DNA of 62,672 nucleotides, counting the filler, from Choristocarpus tenellus KU-1152 (taxonomy: Eukaryota > Protista > Phaeophyceae), in the NCBI GenBank assembly GCA_964200185.2. It is 8 parts of 8 records of this genome, joined end to end, with 100 filler letters (N's around TTAATTAATTAA, not from the genome) between each part and the next. Parts side by side here need not be neighbours in the genome. Positions count along the whole stretch, not along the records: positions 1 to 4,622 come from CAXNAD020013755.1; positions 4,723 to 8,233 come from CAXNAD020019539.1; positions 8,334 to 23,409 come from CAXNAD020001066.1; 5 more parts are not named here. One strand, written 5' to 3'. Position 1 is the stretch's first letter. The number at the start of each line of letters is the position of its first letter. Positions 1-12,575 of the stretch are shown one piece after another. Below the pieces are notes generated by a model. That model worked only from the letters and a program-made list of their open reading frames with translations. It ran no database searches and was not told where the DNA came from. A program made the translations under genes and the position numbers.

Positions 1-82
1 TCGACACAGAGCGGGCTAGGGGGTCATTATCCCAGCACAAGCCCCCGACCCCCCCCCCCCCCCCCCACAGATACTTTGAGCC
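1..82. mobile_element. Right end of a CAAAGTATCT-TIR MITE (truncated by window start)
   Basis: Ends CCCC-ACAGATACTTTGAGCC, the reverse complement of the GGCTCAAAGTATCTGG terminus at 14325, 49835 and 62604. Confidence 0.7.
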
Positions 83-599
83 TATACAAGCATGAAAATC
101 GCACAACTTTATCCATGCACTACATCTTTGCTTGATCAAATCATCTAAGCACACCTCAACCTGATTTTCCAAGCATCCAAACTTGTGCATCTGCTTAATT
201 ACAGGAAAATACAGATGCTACATGGAGGTGGGAGTGAAGTGGTCCATTCGGGGCTTGATGGAGTGGTACGATGTTAAGATACCCCAGTTTGATGCCCATT
301 TCGATAGTGATTTCCTTCGGATTTGATCTAGGCAGGGAGGTGGAAAAGGAATGTTCGTTCAGATGGAGGAAATTATCCTTACATCTGACACATTCATTCA
401 ATTGACATGAAAATGACTACAGGTTCACACAGGCCCCGAATGGACACCCCGCCTCCTATCTAGGGTACTATCAACGTCAATATCTGATTCAAAACCGCAA
501 CACCAAATGTTCCGCTTCAACCTTTAACCCCTCCACCCTACTACATTCACTGGTTTTGTGTTGGTGTCTGATTTTGTAACCCCTTTAGGGAAGGCATAC

Positions 600-1660
600 C
601 CACTTCCATCTGGGCAAACCAATTCTAGTTTTGATTTCATTTCAAACAAGAGCTACACATCTTGGACTATGAACTCCATTGATGAATCTTGGGAAAGAGT
701 TGAACTGACTGTGGACTGCATCTGCTTCTCAGGTAGCACCACATGTGATCACCTGAGTGATTGTGTACCACTGGTAAAGGTGCAGCTCTAGTCACGGACA
801 TTGGGCACTCTATGGTGTAGTGAAGCCTCAAGGTGGAGAGGTGGAGGGCTGCCGAGGAGGCTAGTGAGTAATGAGGGCACTGCCTTGAAACACAGCTTAG
901 GTTGCCTTTAATGGTTCAAATTTCATAATGATTGCCCGCTCTACCAGCTAGGTATCCTGATTCCAGACAATTATTATCACATCTTAGCAAGTTGTACGTG
1001 GTGATCAAAACTTCACGAAAAAAGTGTTGCAGTAAGTGGCAAGTCACTGGTGGTCTGTCTACCTTGAGCATAACTGATCACATTCTCTACCTGAAGAAAG
1101 CTATTGAGTGTCCATTAGACCCCTGACGGGTTGATGTGCTTTTTCACAACCCTTGACAGGGAGAACCTGGTTATCATCAGGGAGAAGACCAAACCGATCA
1201 TGGAGGGACAAAAAAAGCTGGAGGGGTCGTATGTCACGGATTCTCTCTTGGTCCCCATATTCTGCGATGTGTGTGTTGCATTGCATTAGTGTGCGCAGGA
1301 AACTATAAATGCCTTTCTGACGAGGTGGGTACTGTTTCAGGGGAGGCAAGGAAGACCTGTAGAGGACTTGCCCAGCAAGTGCTTGATGACTATGAGAGGC
1401 ATTCGGGGGGTGATAGGAACCCCTTGACATAGAGTGAGGGCCCCTGCAGGCAACCATGGGCAGAGTGGCTTTAAGCCCTTGCTGCAAAATATTGGCACTG
1501 CTCTGGATAACTGCAATGAGATGGTCCACGGTATTCTGACCTATCTGCACAGCAAGGTATGGGATAGGATTGTTGAGGCAACCACAAACATATTCATGAC
1601 AGGCCTTCTGAGGGAGGTGGGTGAAGCTGCTGCACTATGTGTGCAGAATAAGACGTTTTA
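600..1660 (+). pseudogene. Decayed hAT (Ac/ZBED-like) transposase
   Basis: Ordered hAT-like motifs across frameshifts and stops: SNKSYTSWTMNSIDESW..LTVDCICFSGSTT; Q*VASHWWSVY..DHILYLKKAI (cf. DVxTRWxSTY); PIMEGQKKLEGSYVTDSLLVPI; IGTALD (cf. ATALDP). Confidence 0.7.
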
Positions 1661-1684
1661 GGTTTGAGAGTTCCAGCAACCCTT

Positions 1685-1932
1685 GAGCCAAAGTACCCTA
1701 GGGTGTAGAGCCGCGTCCTTTTAATCCCAAACTCCAATGTTGCGATTTTGAGGTGATTTGGGGCAAGGTGTTTGTTAGGAAGTGTCAATATCCTTGTTCC
1801 TTTTCATAACGTACACATTTTACCGACTCCGAAATATTTTGGAGTAGGAAAATGTCGTAAAATCCTCGAGGTAAGCCAAGCCCCAAATTGACATACAGGG
1901 CAGAACTCGTACCCTCTAAGATGCTTTCACTC
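1685..1932. mobile_element. MITE, family C (GAGCCAAAGTA...TACCCTCTAAGATRCTTTCACTC)
   Basis: Terminal inverted repeats, CTT on both flanks, collinear with the copy at 9720-9979. Confidence 0.85.
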
Positions 1933-2739
1933 CTTCATTCAATGTTGCTCCATCTTCTCCATTGCCGCTTGTCATTCTCGTGCGCCAAGCCCCATGAGTG
2001 CCTCTGATATAGAAGATGGTTCTTGATGGTCTGGAGTAGATATTATTTTCTCCCCAGACTTACATGTCTTGTGCAGGCAGCCCTTTGCTGACAACCTTCC
2101 TCTGGTTTTCTTTTCTGGCTACAACCCTGGTCCAGCTAATTCCTCCGCCTGTTTAGACGGCATCGCCCTCATTTTGCAAAAATCCATTTTTCTATGCTGG
2201 CTCCATTGCCAGTCCAGCTAATTCATCTGCCTTTTTAGACGGCGTCGCTCTCCTCTGGCGACAAACGATCTGAAGGTGTCCTTTACCTACACAATTGTGG
2301 CATATTCCTTCGAAAGAACAAGGACCAGTAAGCTTGATCAGTCCACAGCTTAAACATCTTCTATTTGTCCTGATCTCGTCCCTGGCAGGGGATCCTGTCG
2401 TACCATGGTCCGTACGTTGACCAGTCGTACCTTGGGCACCTCCTCCGCTGACCTTCTGTGTTATTTTTCACGAGTTTATGGTCCCAGCGGCTAGAGTGCT
2501 CCCAGGCTCCCCACGGTTAGCTGCTCCTTTCCTTTCTGGTGGAGGCTTAGTTACTGGTCCTGCTAATGTCCTGCTCCCCAAGTGACAAGTACAGCAATTG
2601 CTTTTCTCATTCTGTAAGCAAGAATCTTGGGGTCTCCAATCGATGGGCATGCTTCAGGGACAAGTGTTGTGACGACTGCTCCAGGTCCATCGGCAGATTA
2701 TTGTAGCTCAAGTCCAGGATCAGGCACAGCCTCAGGCTC

Positions 2740-2777
2740 GGCCACAGCATGGCTCAGGCTCAGGCTCAGGCTCAGGG
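2740..2777. repeat. (CTCAGG)n hexamer repeat
   Basis: ggctcaggctcaggctcaggctcagg visible directly. Confidence 0.7.
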
Positions 2778-2989
2778 TTGCAGCTCCAGCTGCATTGCCT
2801 CGATTATCTCCGTCATCTTGTCACAGGATTCCAGTCCTCAATATTCGGCATGGCATACCAAGTACCCAAAGTATCTCCCTTGACCTCCAGTTCTTGCTCG
2901 TTCTTGATCGTACCTTATCCCATGTCTCCTTAGCCTCCAGCTTCCTATTTATTTATTTTTGGCGAAGGTGCAGGTCCACTTTGTTGGTA

Positions 2990-4460
2990 TGACGATGATG
3001 AGGCTATTGCCTGTTCAGCTTTCTGTAGCTTATATCGGGTCTTGTGATGAGCTGCACGGGAATCTCGAAGGTGAGGGTGGGGGAATGGGGTGTGTGCATG
3101 ATTGGTCTGGGGTTGTGGTTGTAAGGTCAGTGGGATCAGGCTAAATGGGGGGGGAGGTGGGGGGGTTACTGGTGGTGTTAGGAGTTGGGAAGATGAGGAG
3201 GTGGGTTGATCTGGGGCTGAGTTGGGCGGTGACAATGTGGTTGGGATTTGGACCAAAGTATCTGGGGGAGGGTGTCGGAGTCCGTTTTTCAACCTTTTTT
3301 CGATTTTCACTTTCTTGGTGTGATTTAGTCGCACGTGTCGGATTTGAAATATCAGCAAAAAAAGAGTTGTTTGACCGAAACAGACGCCCCCTCACAAACC
3401 ACCAACCCCCCCCAGATACTTTGACCCATTTCTTCAATAAAGGTGACATGGCGGGTGTTGAATACTTTGTTAGTGTGTGGTTTCCAGATACAATACCCAG
3501 TGCTGTGTGTGCAGTAGCCAACCATGCACCCGGTCCATGCTGTAGGCGCTATTTTACCTCCGTGGGAGCGGTCATGATGTACATAGGCCCAAGCTCCGAA
3601 GACGAGAAGGGTAGACAGGTCAGGGTGGGTTGTGTGCCAGGCGTGGTAGGGGGTGTCGTAGTTGAGGGTGGCAATGGGGGACAGGTTGGTGAGGTGGGTG
3701 GCCGTGGCAACAGCTTCAGTCCAAAGTTGCTTGGGTAGGTCAGTGTTGTTGATGATAGAGCGAGCTTTAGGGAAGATGGTGCGCCACTGTCGTTCAGCCA
3801 GGCCATTGTCTTGGGGGGTGTAGGGGTTGTAAATTCTTGGCGGATGTTGTGGTGGGTGCAGTAGGTGGAGATGTTGCGTCCTGTACACTCGCTGCCGTTG
3901 TCCGAGCGTAGAGTCTTGATGCGGTACCTAGTGTTGGCAGTAACATCAGTGCGGTAGCGCCAAAGGGTGTTGAATACACCGGACTTGGAGCGAATGAAGT
4001 AGATATGGTGCGTGCGGGTAGCAGAATCCGTGTAGATGACAGCGTAGCGGCTCCCAGAGAAAGAAGGTGGTGACACTGGCCCAGTGACATTGGTGTGAAC
4101 AACTTCTAGGGGGTGTCGGGGTGTGGTGGAAATTTTGGAATGGGGTTGGTGGGTGGACTCGTTCATGGCACAGGAGGAGCATGGAGGGAGGTGTTCTGTG
4201 GTGGGAAAGGTAAGATCGGCAGGGGGGTGGGATTTAAGGCGGTGCAGGTCGCGGTCATTGAGGTGAGCTAGGCGGTGGTGCCAGAGGAAAGTGGAAAGTG
4301 CTGAGGAAGGTGTAGGTGGTAGGGGGGCATGTGCAAAGGGAGAGGTGAGTGTGGCAAGGGTGGGGGTAGGTGGTGCTTGAGGTACAGAGGGGATAATAGG
4401 GTCGGGTGGTGAGGGGGTGGCAGGACAGGTAGAGAAGTCCAGGTAGTACAAGGAGCCCAG
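2990..4460 (-). mobile_element. Ty1/Copia pol remnant (GAG-pre-integrase plus integrase), frameshifted
   Basis: LWHHRLAHLN, CSSC, LEVVHTNVTGP, IKTLRSDNGSE, TPQDNGLAER, LPKQLWTEAV, PDLSTLLVFGAWAYVH in ORFs 3549-4451 and 3352-3888. Confidence 0.92.
3250..3427. mobile_element. MITE, family A, inserted in the Copia integrase
   Basis: GGACCAAAGTATCTGGGGG...CCCCCAGATACTTTGACCC with ATTT on both sides; removal restores the Copia reading frame. Confidence 0.9.
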
Positions 4461-4622
4461 AGTTCGTAGTGGTATGTATGCTAAAGAGAGCTACTCTGAT
4501 AGAGTATTTTGCTTGATGTTGTATGGATTTGTTTATTAGCGGAGTGAGCACTCTCCTCAAGGTGGGGGGTGGTGCTCTCCCTTGTTATCTAATTCATTTA
4601 TCATCAAAAACGTCAGAAATAT

Positions 4623-4722
4623 NNNNNNNNNNNNNNNNNNNNNNNNNNNNNNNNNNNNNNNNNNNNTTAATTAATTAANNNNNNNNNNNNNNNNNNNNNN
4701 NNNNNNNNNNNNNNNNNNNNNN
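4623..4722. other. Artificial contig linker (44N-TTAATTAATTAA-44N)
   Basis: Identical 100-nt linker also at 8234-8333, 23410-23509, 37013-37112, 43509-43608, 48494-48593 and 59175-59274. Confidence 0.97.
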
Positions 4723-4769
4723 CATCCTCAATGAAAAGCTCCATCCTCAATTTTTTAAATCGGCTGTTA
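4723..4769. repeat. Dispersed repeat with paired CATCCTCAAT boxes
   Basis: Near-identical reverse-complement copy at 39915-39961. Confidence 0.75.
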
Positions 4770-5647
4770 TTGCTAGGTTGCTTGGGTGTAAAATTTTCGC
4801 GGTTGGCGCTGTTACTCATCACTACAATTTAGTTTACACAGGCAACCCCATCCAAATTATTTCAAGGAAGGAAAGATATCCATTAATTAGGCACCGATGC
4901 TACATGCATATCATAGATGTAGTGATTAATTGTACCATCGCAATTTCGCGGAAATAAATATTCGAAAGGAACACGGAATGGTGTGTGTCGATTACAGGGA
5001 GTGAAATCATGTGGGGAATGGCACACACAATTACGTATTAACAAATGACTGCAAACAGAGGTTGGGCTCATAGAGCACAATTTCGCATCTTGTACTGTGC
5101 AGCGTTTTGAAGCACATCACCACATTAAATGAAACCTCTAGTCTCTCACTACATGCTACCTACAATGTTGCATTATCAGTGGGTGAACCCTCAATAAAAA
5201 GATGGAATGATTTACTAGGAATTATCCATATATTACTAGCTTTGATTTACCCAAAACGAACGTGTGATGAGGACAGCATTTCCTTCCCCATGGAGAAGTG
5301 ACTATGATGACAACCTGGCAACCTTGAAGATAAGAAAAAAATAATGAAAAATATTATATTATGCTGCAAAGTGCACGCCACATCAAGCGAACTTACAGTC
5401 ATCTCTCTAGGTTCCTATATTTGTTTTCCTAATAGATACGTATCAGCAGGTTGTGCCTGCCAGTCAGCTAATTCTCTGCCGTAAAGCCCTTTCGTGAAAT
5501 GGGTATACACGCAAAAGGAAAATACATATTAATAGCAAATAAAACCGTAACACACAGATGGTACAAAGAAGCAGATACATGTGGCGAGTCCACCATGAAC
5601 ATGTCAAGGGTCTCATGGATTGGGATTTTGGAATGAGCATGCCTCAC

Positions 5648-8233
5648 CTCTCCCCAGAGTACTTCTTAGGGCATGAATTCCAAAAAATCCAGTCTGTAGG
5701 GTTTACCATGCTGAACTCTCAAAAAAACAAAAGAGGACTCAACCTACAACCTGACAGACATCCTGTCAACTCTCAACAAAGCACGAAGGAGGAAATGAAG
5801 TAAGCAAGGAAGCACAGAGGACAAAAGGTGTGCTCATCATTGCATATGAATAAGTCAAAAATAGACTAATACATCAAAACAAACAGCAAGCATAATTCTT
5901 CAAAATGTGTAACAAACACTTGTAGACAAATATGCAAGTCACGGAACCCTCTAAATCAAGCTCCACCTGAGATATGAAGGAGAGAACCCCTAGTGAAGCA
6001 AGAACCTCCACTACAATCAAACTCAACTGACATATAAGCACAGTCAGTCAATCAGAAACACACGCACGCGCGGAAGCGCGCACGCACACACAATACATAT
6101 AGACTAGAATATGCTCTACCTGACTACTTGGTGGAGCTTGCTACATATGCTCACTCTCCTTTCTGCCTTTCAGCATGACCACATCGCCTCTATGTCCACC
6201 AGCAGGGCAGTCAGCACGTGCTGTATGAATATGCAGGTGAAAGAAACACAAGGACAACCTCAATATTTCTTAGAGACAAGAAGTATTGCTTACGCTAACT
6301 CTTTAAATGGTGAACAAGTTTCTGCAAAATAAGGACAAAATGGAAGGCTTTCTACAAGGGGAAAGGGTTTACTATCTCCAAAAAGAAGTGGCGCAGCCAT
6401 CTTTCCCAGAAGACAGAATCCTAGAGAGTATTTACCAGTAAGGCACTCTTTTGCACACACACTCCCCAAAAAATCTACTTCACATCACATCCTAGTGCGC
6501 CTTTTTCCCGTCAACAACAAAACCTCACCCTTCCCCTTCATACGACAAATGAGTCATTCAAATCACCGCAAACAGGAGAAGACAGCCCCCTCTCTCCTTC
6601 CCCCCAGACGTATCAAAATAACACATACCAGCTTTATGATGTCAACATTGTTGAACATATCAGCAACACCAGCAATCAATCACCAATATGACAGATAAAA
6701 GACTGAAAAGTACATGTCCCAAGAAGGAGACAAAAGTGCGCAGCACTCACTTTCAACCTGCCAAGTCACATCGGTTTGATACGTGAGAAAGACCATGTTC
6801 CACCCCACACCACCTCCCAAAATCTCCACTTCCTCTAACCTATCGGCCAGATATAGCAGAAAAACACTTTTTCACATCTTCAGCTTTCCAGATAAGGTTC
6901 GCTCCTCGAATGGCTTGAGACTCTCATTTTCAAGTGTAAACACACAACGACACTCCGCCGTTCCAGGCGTTGGACAAAAACAAGCATGCCCACCACCCCC
7001 CTTACCCCCCTGCTCCTTCCCCATTTCCACACCCGCCGCCGGTGCACCCACTTTGCCACTTGAAGGTATCAACCGACCGACCCACAAGAATTGCTTCGAC
7101 AGTGGTGTTCTATGCCTTGGTGTTAATCCTCCAGTATCACCCCCCTCATCAACGCCACGATCACCGATCGCAAACCCCCGAAACCTGGATGCACTATTTC
7201 CTTGAGTCTCTCGTACACCCCCCCTTTCCTTGGGTCCCCCTTCTGCACGTTTTTCTTGTTTTGGAAGAATATTCCGGAATGACCAACTCCTAAGTTGACT
7301 GGTCCCTGTACTGGTTTCTGAACCAGCAGAACTTCGCTCTATCCGTTCCCAGTCCCCCAGACGTCTCCCCCCATCCTCATCCTGACCCCTGTCTCCTACC
7401 AAAACCGCTTCTTGTCCCTGGTCTCCCATTACTAAATCTATTTCCACAGGGATGGGATTGACTAGTCCCCGTGGTTGTGGTAGGGGTAGCTCCACAGGCC
7501 TTGCCTTGGACTTCCCATAGGTATGTATGCCAAGGGAGATTAAGAAGGCGAAGAGAGAAATATATCAGTGGCACAAGGAATCGCAATTCATCAGGTGGAG
7601 CAGAGATGTTGTAAGACTTGACAGCAAGCTAGACTGGGTAAACCATTCAGATACAACAAAAAAATCGTTACCCTCATCAAAGCCACCTACATTGTTGCAG
7701 AAGGAGGTAGGTCCTTGGTTGCGAACAACCGTCCCCCAGAAAGGTGTTTCAAAACATAAATATGATGTCAAAGTTGCGCAGATTTAACATGGAGAGGAAA
7801 AACAGTGCATTTCCATGATTGGGTACAAACTTGTCAGAAACATGTGAGCAAAAAAGCACATTTCAGGTGTTACTTTTACCCGAGCAGAACAGCATAGCAG
7901 ACAATCAATACACTTGGAACTCGTGCAAAATGAATTCAGGTATAATAGAACACAGATTCGCAACCCTCTTACAGCCTCCCAGTTTGCAATAATCACCTCT
8001 AAAAAAGTCCTCGTTTCCCTTCTGATGTTTAGCTTTCCCTGAGCCTTCGCCCTTTCCAAGGGTGCAGGAGGGGGAGGTAAGGGAGCAGAAGATGTCCTCA
8101 CTTCCAACCTCCCCTTAGGGCCTCTTCCACGCTCCCCCACAGGCCCCATTTGTGTCGTATTGTTAAATATCTTCCCTGCCCTGCTCTGCCTTGTGGTCTG
8201 CGCTCCCATCTCCCCCACCCCCCCCCTTCCCCC
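5648..8233 (-). CDS. Fragment of a multi-exon gene, unknown product
   Basis: Exon-like open frames with AG/GT borders at about 7973-8233, 6880-7500, 6155-6226 and 5648-5710 (MVNPTDWIFWNSCPKKYSGE); 5' end lost at the linker; no recognisable domain. Confidence 0.45.
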
Positions 8234-9719
8234 NNNNNNNNNNNNNNNNNNNNNNNNNNNNNNNNNNNNNNNNNNNNTTAATTAATTAANNNNNNNNNNN
8301 NNNNNNNNNNNNNNNNNNNNNNNNNNNNNNNNNGAAGCAGTGTGGTGGCGCCCGTCGTCTGCACGAGCGCCTGGTATTATTTGGATACTGATATGCCACG
8401 TTTTTGCTCATTTTTACAGTGGTACTGAAACATCACACTTGACTGAAACAGTACATATCACTGGGGCAACAAGTTACCTAATAATATATCAACACTGGCT
8501 GATATTACATCTGATACATACAAAGTCAAGGACAGACAAGATAGACAATTACCAGATATAAGTATGCCTAATGTCGCTAATCCTCCCCAACATCCTAGAT
8601 AAGGGGGGGAAGGAAGATCAATCAATGGAAAGGGATTTACAAGGTATTTATACATGTAATCTAGCAATGCTTACAGCACTGAGGGCATGACACAAGATAG
8701 CCAGACCAACCTTAATCACAGGACATCAATGTTTGAACTTATCTATCAAGGGTGTGGCAGACTCGAACCTACATGACATAGATGATATAGATGTTGCTAT
8801 TAGAACAATAAATAAAATATTAGATCAGATGGGCATAAACATTAGATACATGAATGATTTTAAAAAATCCTGGAAAAAAACTCTACGGATCCATCAAGAC
8901 CACATAGAGAACTGATGCCATAAATAATCAATCCAACTATCTGAGAAAACATTTGACCCTACAAAATATGGTATGGTGTCAACTACTACATAATATTTGT
9001 AACCTATTCTAAATCTAGTGACCATTGATAAAATGTGCAAAATCTCATCAAAAAATCAATTAAAAAAACATTGTTAACTATAAATGACGACACAGGACTT
9101 TGCTCTCTATTTGCATCGTATGTATCAAAATATACTTCCTCACAAATTCCTGTAAGTCATGCAATTACTAACTTGCGTGTAACACGCAAGAGCATTTTTT
9201 CAAAACCTTTGGAAAGAGGACTTGGGAGGTTGCTGAAGCTCTTCCACTCTTCTGACTGCCCTTAGCGAATTCATCCCTTTTCTCTGGCCCCAATTAAGCC
9301 ATCGTTCCCAATTGTTACTAACAGCTTTGGTGATTACAAGAATGTGTTTGCTTCACGCTCACATCTTACCATTTCGTCATTACAAGTTAATTTATAGCTT
9401 GAGATCTTCCCTACTTAACATACCAGGTGAACAAATGGTTCGAATTTCAGACTTCTGGACTGTCGTATCCTGTTTACCGACCTCAACCTGTGTTCTGCAA
9501 CATACTACAAACACAGATAATCCAGTTCAACGCCCCTACATCAGCAATACATTTGGCTACGAAGATCGCCCAACTACCTTGGGAATATAATGTGTACCTT
9601 CACCAGATCACATTGTCTAACTGACCTTCAACCTGACATCCCAAACATCCAACTGCATACATCTGACCAATTATTTCACAGAACAGGTACTACATAGAGG
9701 TACATTCCTTGTAGAATTT

Positions 9720-9979
9720 GGGTCAAAGTATCTTTTAGAGGGTAGAGCCGCGTCCGTTTGGTGGCCAAAATTCAATGTTGTAATTCTGATGAAATTTTGG
9801 GTATTGTATTTGTTAGGAAGTGTCAATGTCCTTGTTCCGAACACACCCTTTCATAATGTATACATTTTACCTACTCCGAAACATTTTGGAGTAGGAAAAT
9901 GCCATAAAAAACCCATGCAAAGCCAAGCCCCAAACGGACAAACAGGGCAAAACTCGTACCCTCTAAGATACTTTCACTC
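9720..9979. mobile_element. MITE, family C
   Basis: GGGTCAAAGTATCTT..AGAGGGTA...TACCCTCTAAGATACTTTCACTC, TTT on both flanks; homologous to 1685-1932. Confidence 0.85.
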
Positions 9980-10581
9980 TTTGACATCCTTTTTTGATTC
10001 AAAACAGAAATACTGATCTATCGACTTCAACTCCTCGACCCTACTCTCTCGAATGGCTTTATGTTGGTGTCAATATGATTTTGTGATCCCTTTTAGAAAT
10101 GACGTACCCAATTCCACATGGATTGTGAGCCAACCATTCTTTTTCGTTTTACTTGAATCTGAACAGCATTATGACCATCTTGTCACTCAGAAAATAAACC
10201 ATTGCCTCATTCACTGGTTAATCGACCAGAAAGGCGTTAATTTGGTGTCTGATGCAATGTCCTTTCAGCAACGCACTTTGAAGAGACAAGTGATCGAATT
10301 AAAATAGAACCAAGTCTATGGTTCCCATACAATTGTTGATTCAATGACACCGATAATTCCCAACCATTCCCTCCAATCGGAAAGTCCATGCATGAAAATG
10401 GTGGAGATACGCTCAAAAGATGCGCAAACCTCAATTGATTGTTCCAGGGCAAAATGATGTGTCAAGTGAGCTTTATGATGGTGGTTTTTAATGGCACTGC
10501 TCTTGAGAGGGCTAGAGTCAATAAGGTAGAATTCAAAACCAGAAGGCCTTCTGGGCATTACTACTCCACACCTGCTCATTT

Positions 10582-10871
10582 TGAGTGATAGCACAAAGCA
10601 GTCTCACAGTACAATCAGCAAATATCCCCCCCAACTACGACCCAAACTAAGAGGGTAGGAGTTTTGCCCTATTTGTCCTTTCGGGACTTGGCTTCACACG
10701 TTTTTTTTTGTGTCAACACAGTTACCTAAAATGTATACGACTATGAGGTTTGTCCGGAGCAAGGATATTGATACTTGCTAACAAACACGATAGCCAAAAT
10801 GAATCAAAATTGCGACATTGGATTTATGACCCCAAATGGACTTGGCCCTACCCTCTTGAATGCTTTTATTC
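10582..10871. mobile_element. Degenerate inverted copy of MITE family C
   Basis: aagagggtaggagttttgccct...gcaaggatattgatacttgctaacaaac...ctaccctct matches the reverse complement of the 9720 copy. Confidence 0.65.
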
Positions 10872-11149
10872 TACCTTTATGCCTGACCCTTGCACAAGCA
10901 CAGCAACAGAGTCTCCCTGCTTCTGTGCAAGCTGGTTTTGGAGTACACAAATCACGTGTATGCTACTTCATGATACTCACGAGAATGTAGATATCTCATG
11001 GTGCATGGACATGACATCATACACACTACTACTATCATTCAAGATTAGCAACCCTTTGCCCCTTGCCTCGAAAACATGTAGCAATGGACACCTCGACTAT
11101 CTCTAGCCCAATAAGCCTCTTGAGAGATGGTGTGAGTAAAGGACAAGAT

Positions 11150-11800
11150 CCTAGCAAAAAACTGCCAATGCCTTGCTAGTAATAGCGGGTTCAGCCTACA
11201 CAATGTTTACATGCTTGTGGATTCTAAGCCAAACACTACAAACATCCTAGTCTGGTGGAGTTGACCGCACCATTTCAATGGGTGGGGAACATAGTTTGTA
11301 TATCAACAGTTTTACTAACATGAACAAAATGAACACGCCACATCCAGTCAAAGGGATGCACACCCATTGCCATCTCCCCTTGGGACCTACCTCATCCATC
11401 TTGGCATCTCTCTCAGAGCAAGGATTAGGGATTAGGGTTAGCTGCCTATGTAACATAACTGTCAATTGTTGTGAGTTGTTTGAGTCCATAGAACAAGTAC
11501 TTCCAAAATATGTGACCACCATTGGTCCAGACATGGCCTTAACATCACACAAAATTTTATGGACTTCAACCATTGTTACAGTATGTACACCGAGCTCTGC
11601 TTGTTCTACTTGCCTTGTAACCAAGATGTGGAATCAACTGCAGGTTGCAGTATGAACCAAAACCCCCATCAGACATGGACATCAGACTGAACACATCTGC
11701 AGATGCTAGGACATCATACCCTCAACAAGATCTTGCCCGGGAAGAAATATTTGAAACTCTTTGTTAGACCATGATTCCACCTTCAACTGTGGTACCATTT
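11150..11800 (-). mobile_element. Highly decayed Copia RT/RNase H remnant
   Basis: VHKILCDVKAMSGPMVVTYFG resembles the Copia KRILxYxKGT..LxY motif; many stops. Confidence 0.35.
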
Positions 11801-12575
11801 TGCACGGCCTAACAATCCCACTAGACCATCAAAATGTCCTGGCCAATGAAATGTGCAGTAATCCCTCACAAAAAGCAGCCCCGCACTACCAAGGCATTGC
11901 AGAATCCGAGGCCTAGTACTGTTGGTAGAGCAAGTTATGTAAGCCAAAATTCTAATACTATTCTTCTTTTTTTTTCTGTCCATGTTGTTTCACCTCTCCT
12001 CCACAACGAATCCCCAACAGCAACAAGTTTGTCCGCGATCACCTCTCCTCCTAGTCACTACTCCCACGAAACAACAGATTCATAAAAGCCAAAGTGCCTA
12101 TTTAACATCAGGCCTCCTCTTCTTGGGGCTGTGTAGCCCCTCCTTGTTCCTCTGAGCATGAACCTTCAACTTGCACTCCACCCACACCAACAAATTCTAC
12201 TCCCCCATCGAATGCTGGCTCTGGTTCTGGTTCACTGCACCAAGCTGTGCCCTGGAATATTGGGGTAGACCGGCACTATGATTATGTACGTAATATGTCA
12301 AGCTAAGTAATGTTGCAACAAAGGTGTCACTGCAGCAGTAAGAGTTAGGGATAGTGATAGTTGGACACATTTTTGCCCAAAATGTGACATAGATGCTCTG
12401 CTCTTTAATTCCTGGCTATGTCATGGCATAATGCTTTTCTTGTCACCCCATGCTATGGAGACACTCCCTTTCCCTTTTTTTTTCCATTTCCCCCCACAAC
12501 TTTGCATTAGAGATAGAGCTAGTGTCAAGGCAGACAAAAGGAAATGAGGGTGTCTCCTAAGAATGAGAGTGATAA

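Noticed and set aside
195-500. Possible Copia pre-integrase remnant (KLGYLN, PPCSIC)
   Set aside because: Too short and degenerate to support as a feature.
3145-3738. 197-aa plus-strand ORF and similar antisense ORFs over genes and TEs
   Set aside because: Shadow frames opposite the Copia integrase or real exons.
4773-4848. GGTTGC..GTGTAAA / TTTACAC..GCAACC inverted repeat
   Set aside because: Possibly a tiny MITE, but single copy here with no TSD.
8700-9700. Possible LINE remnant
   Set aside because: No diagnostic RT or endonuclease motif could be read.
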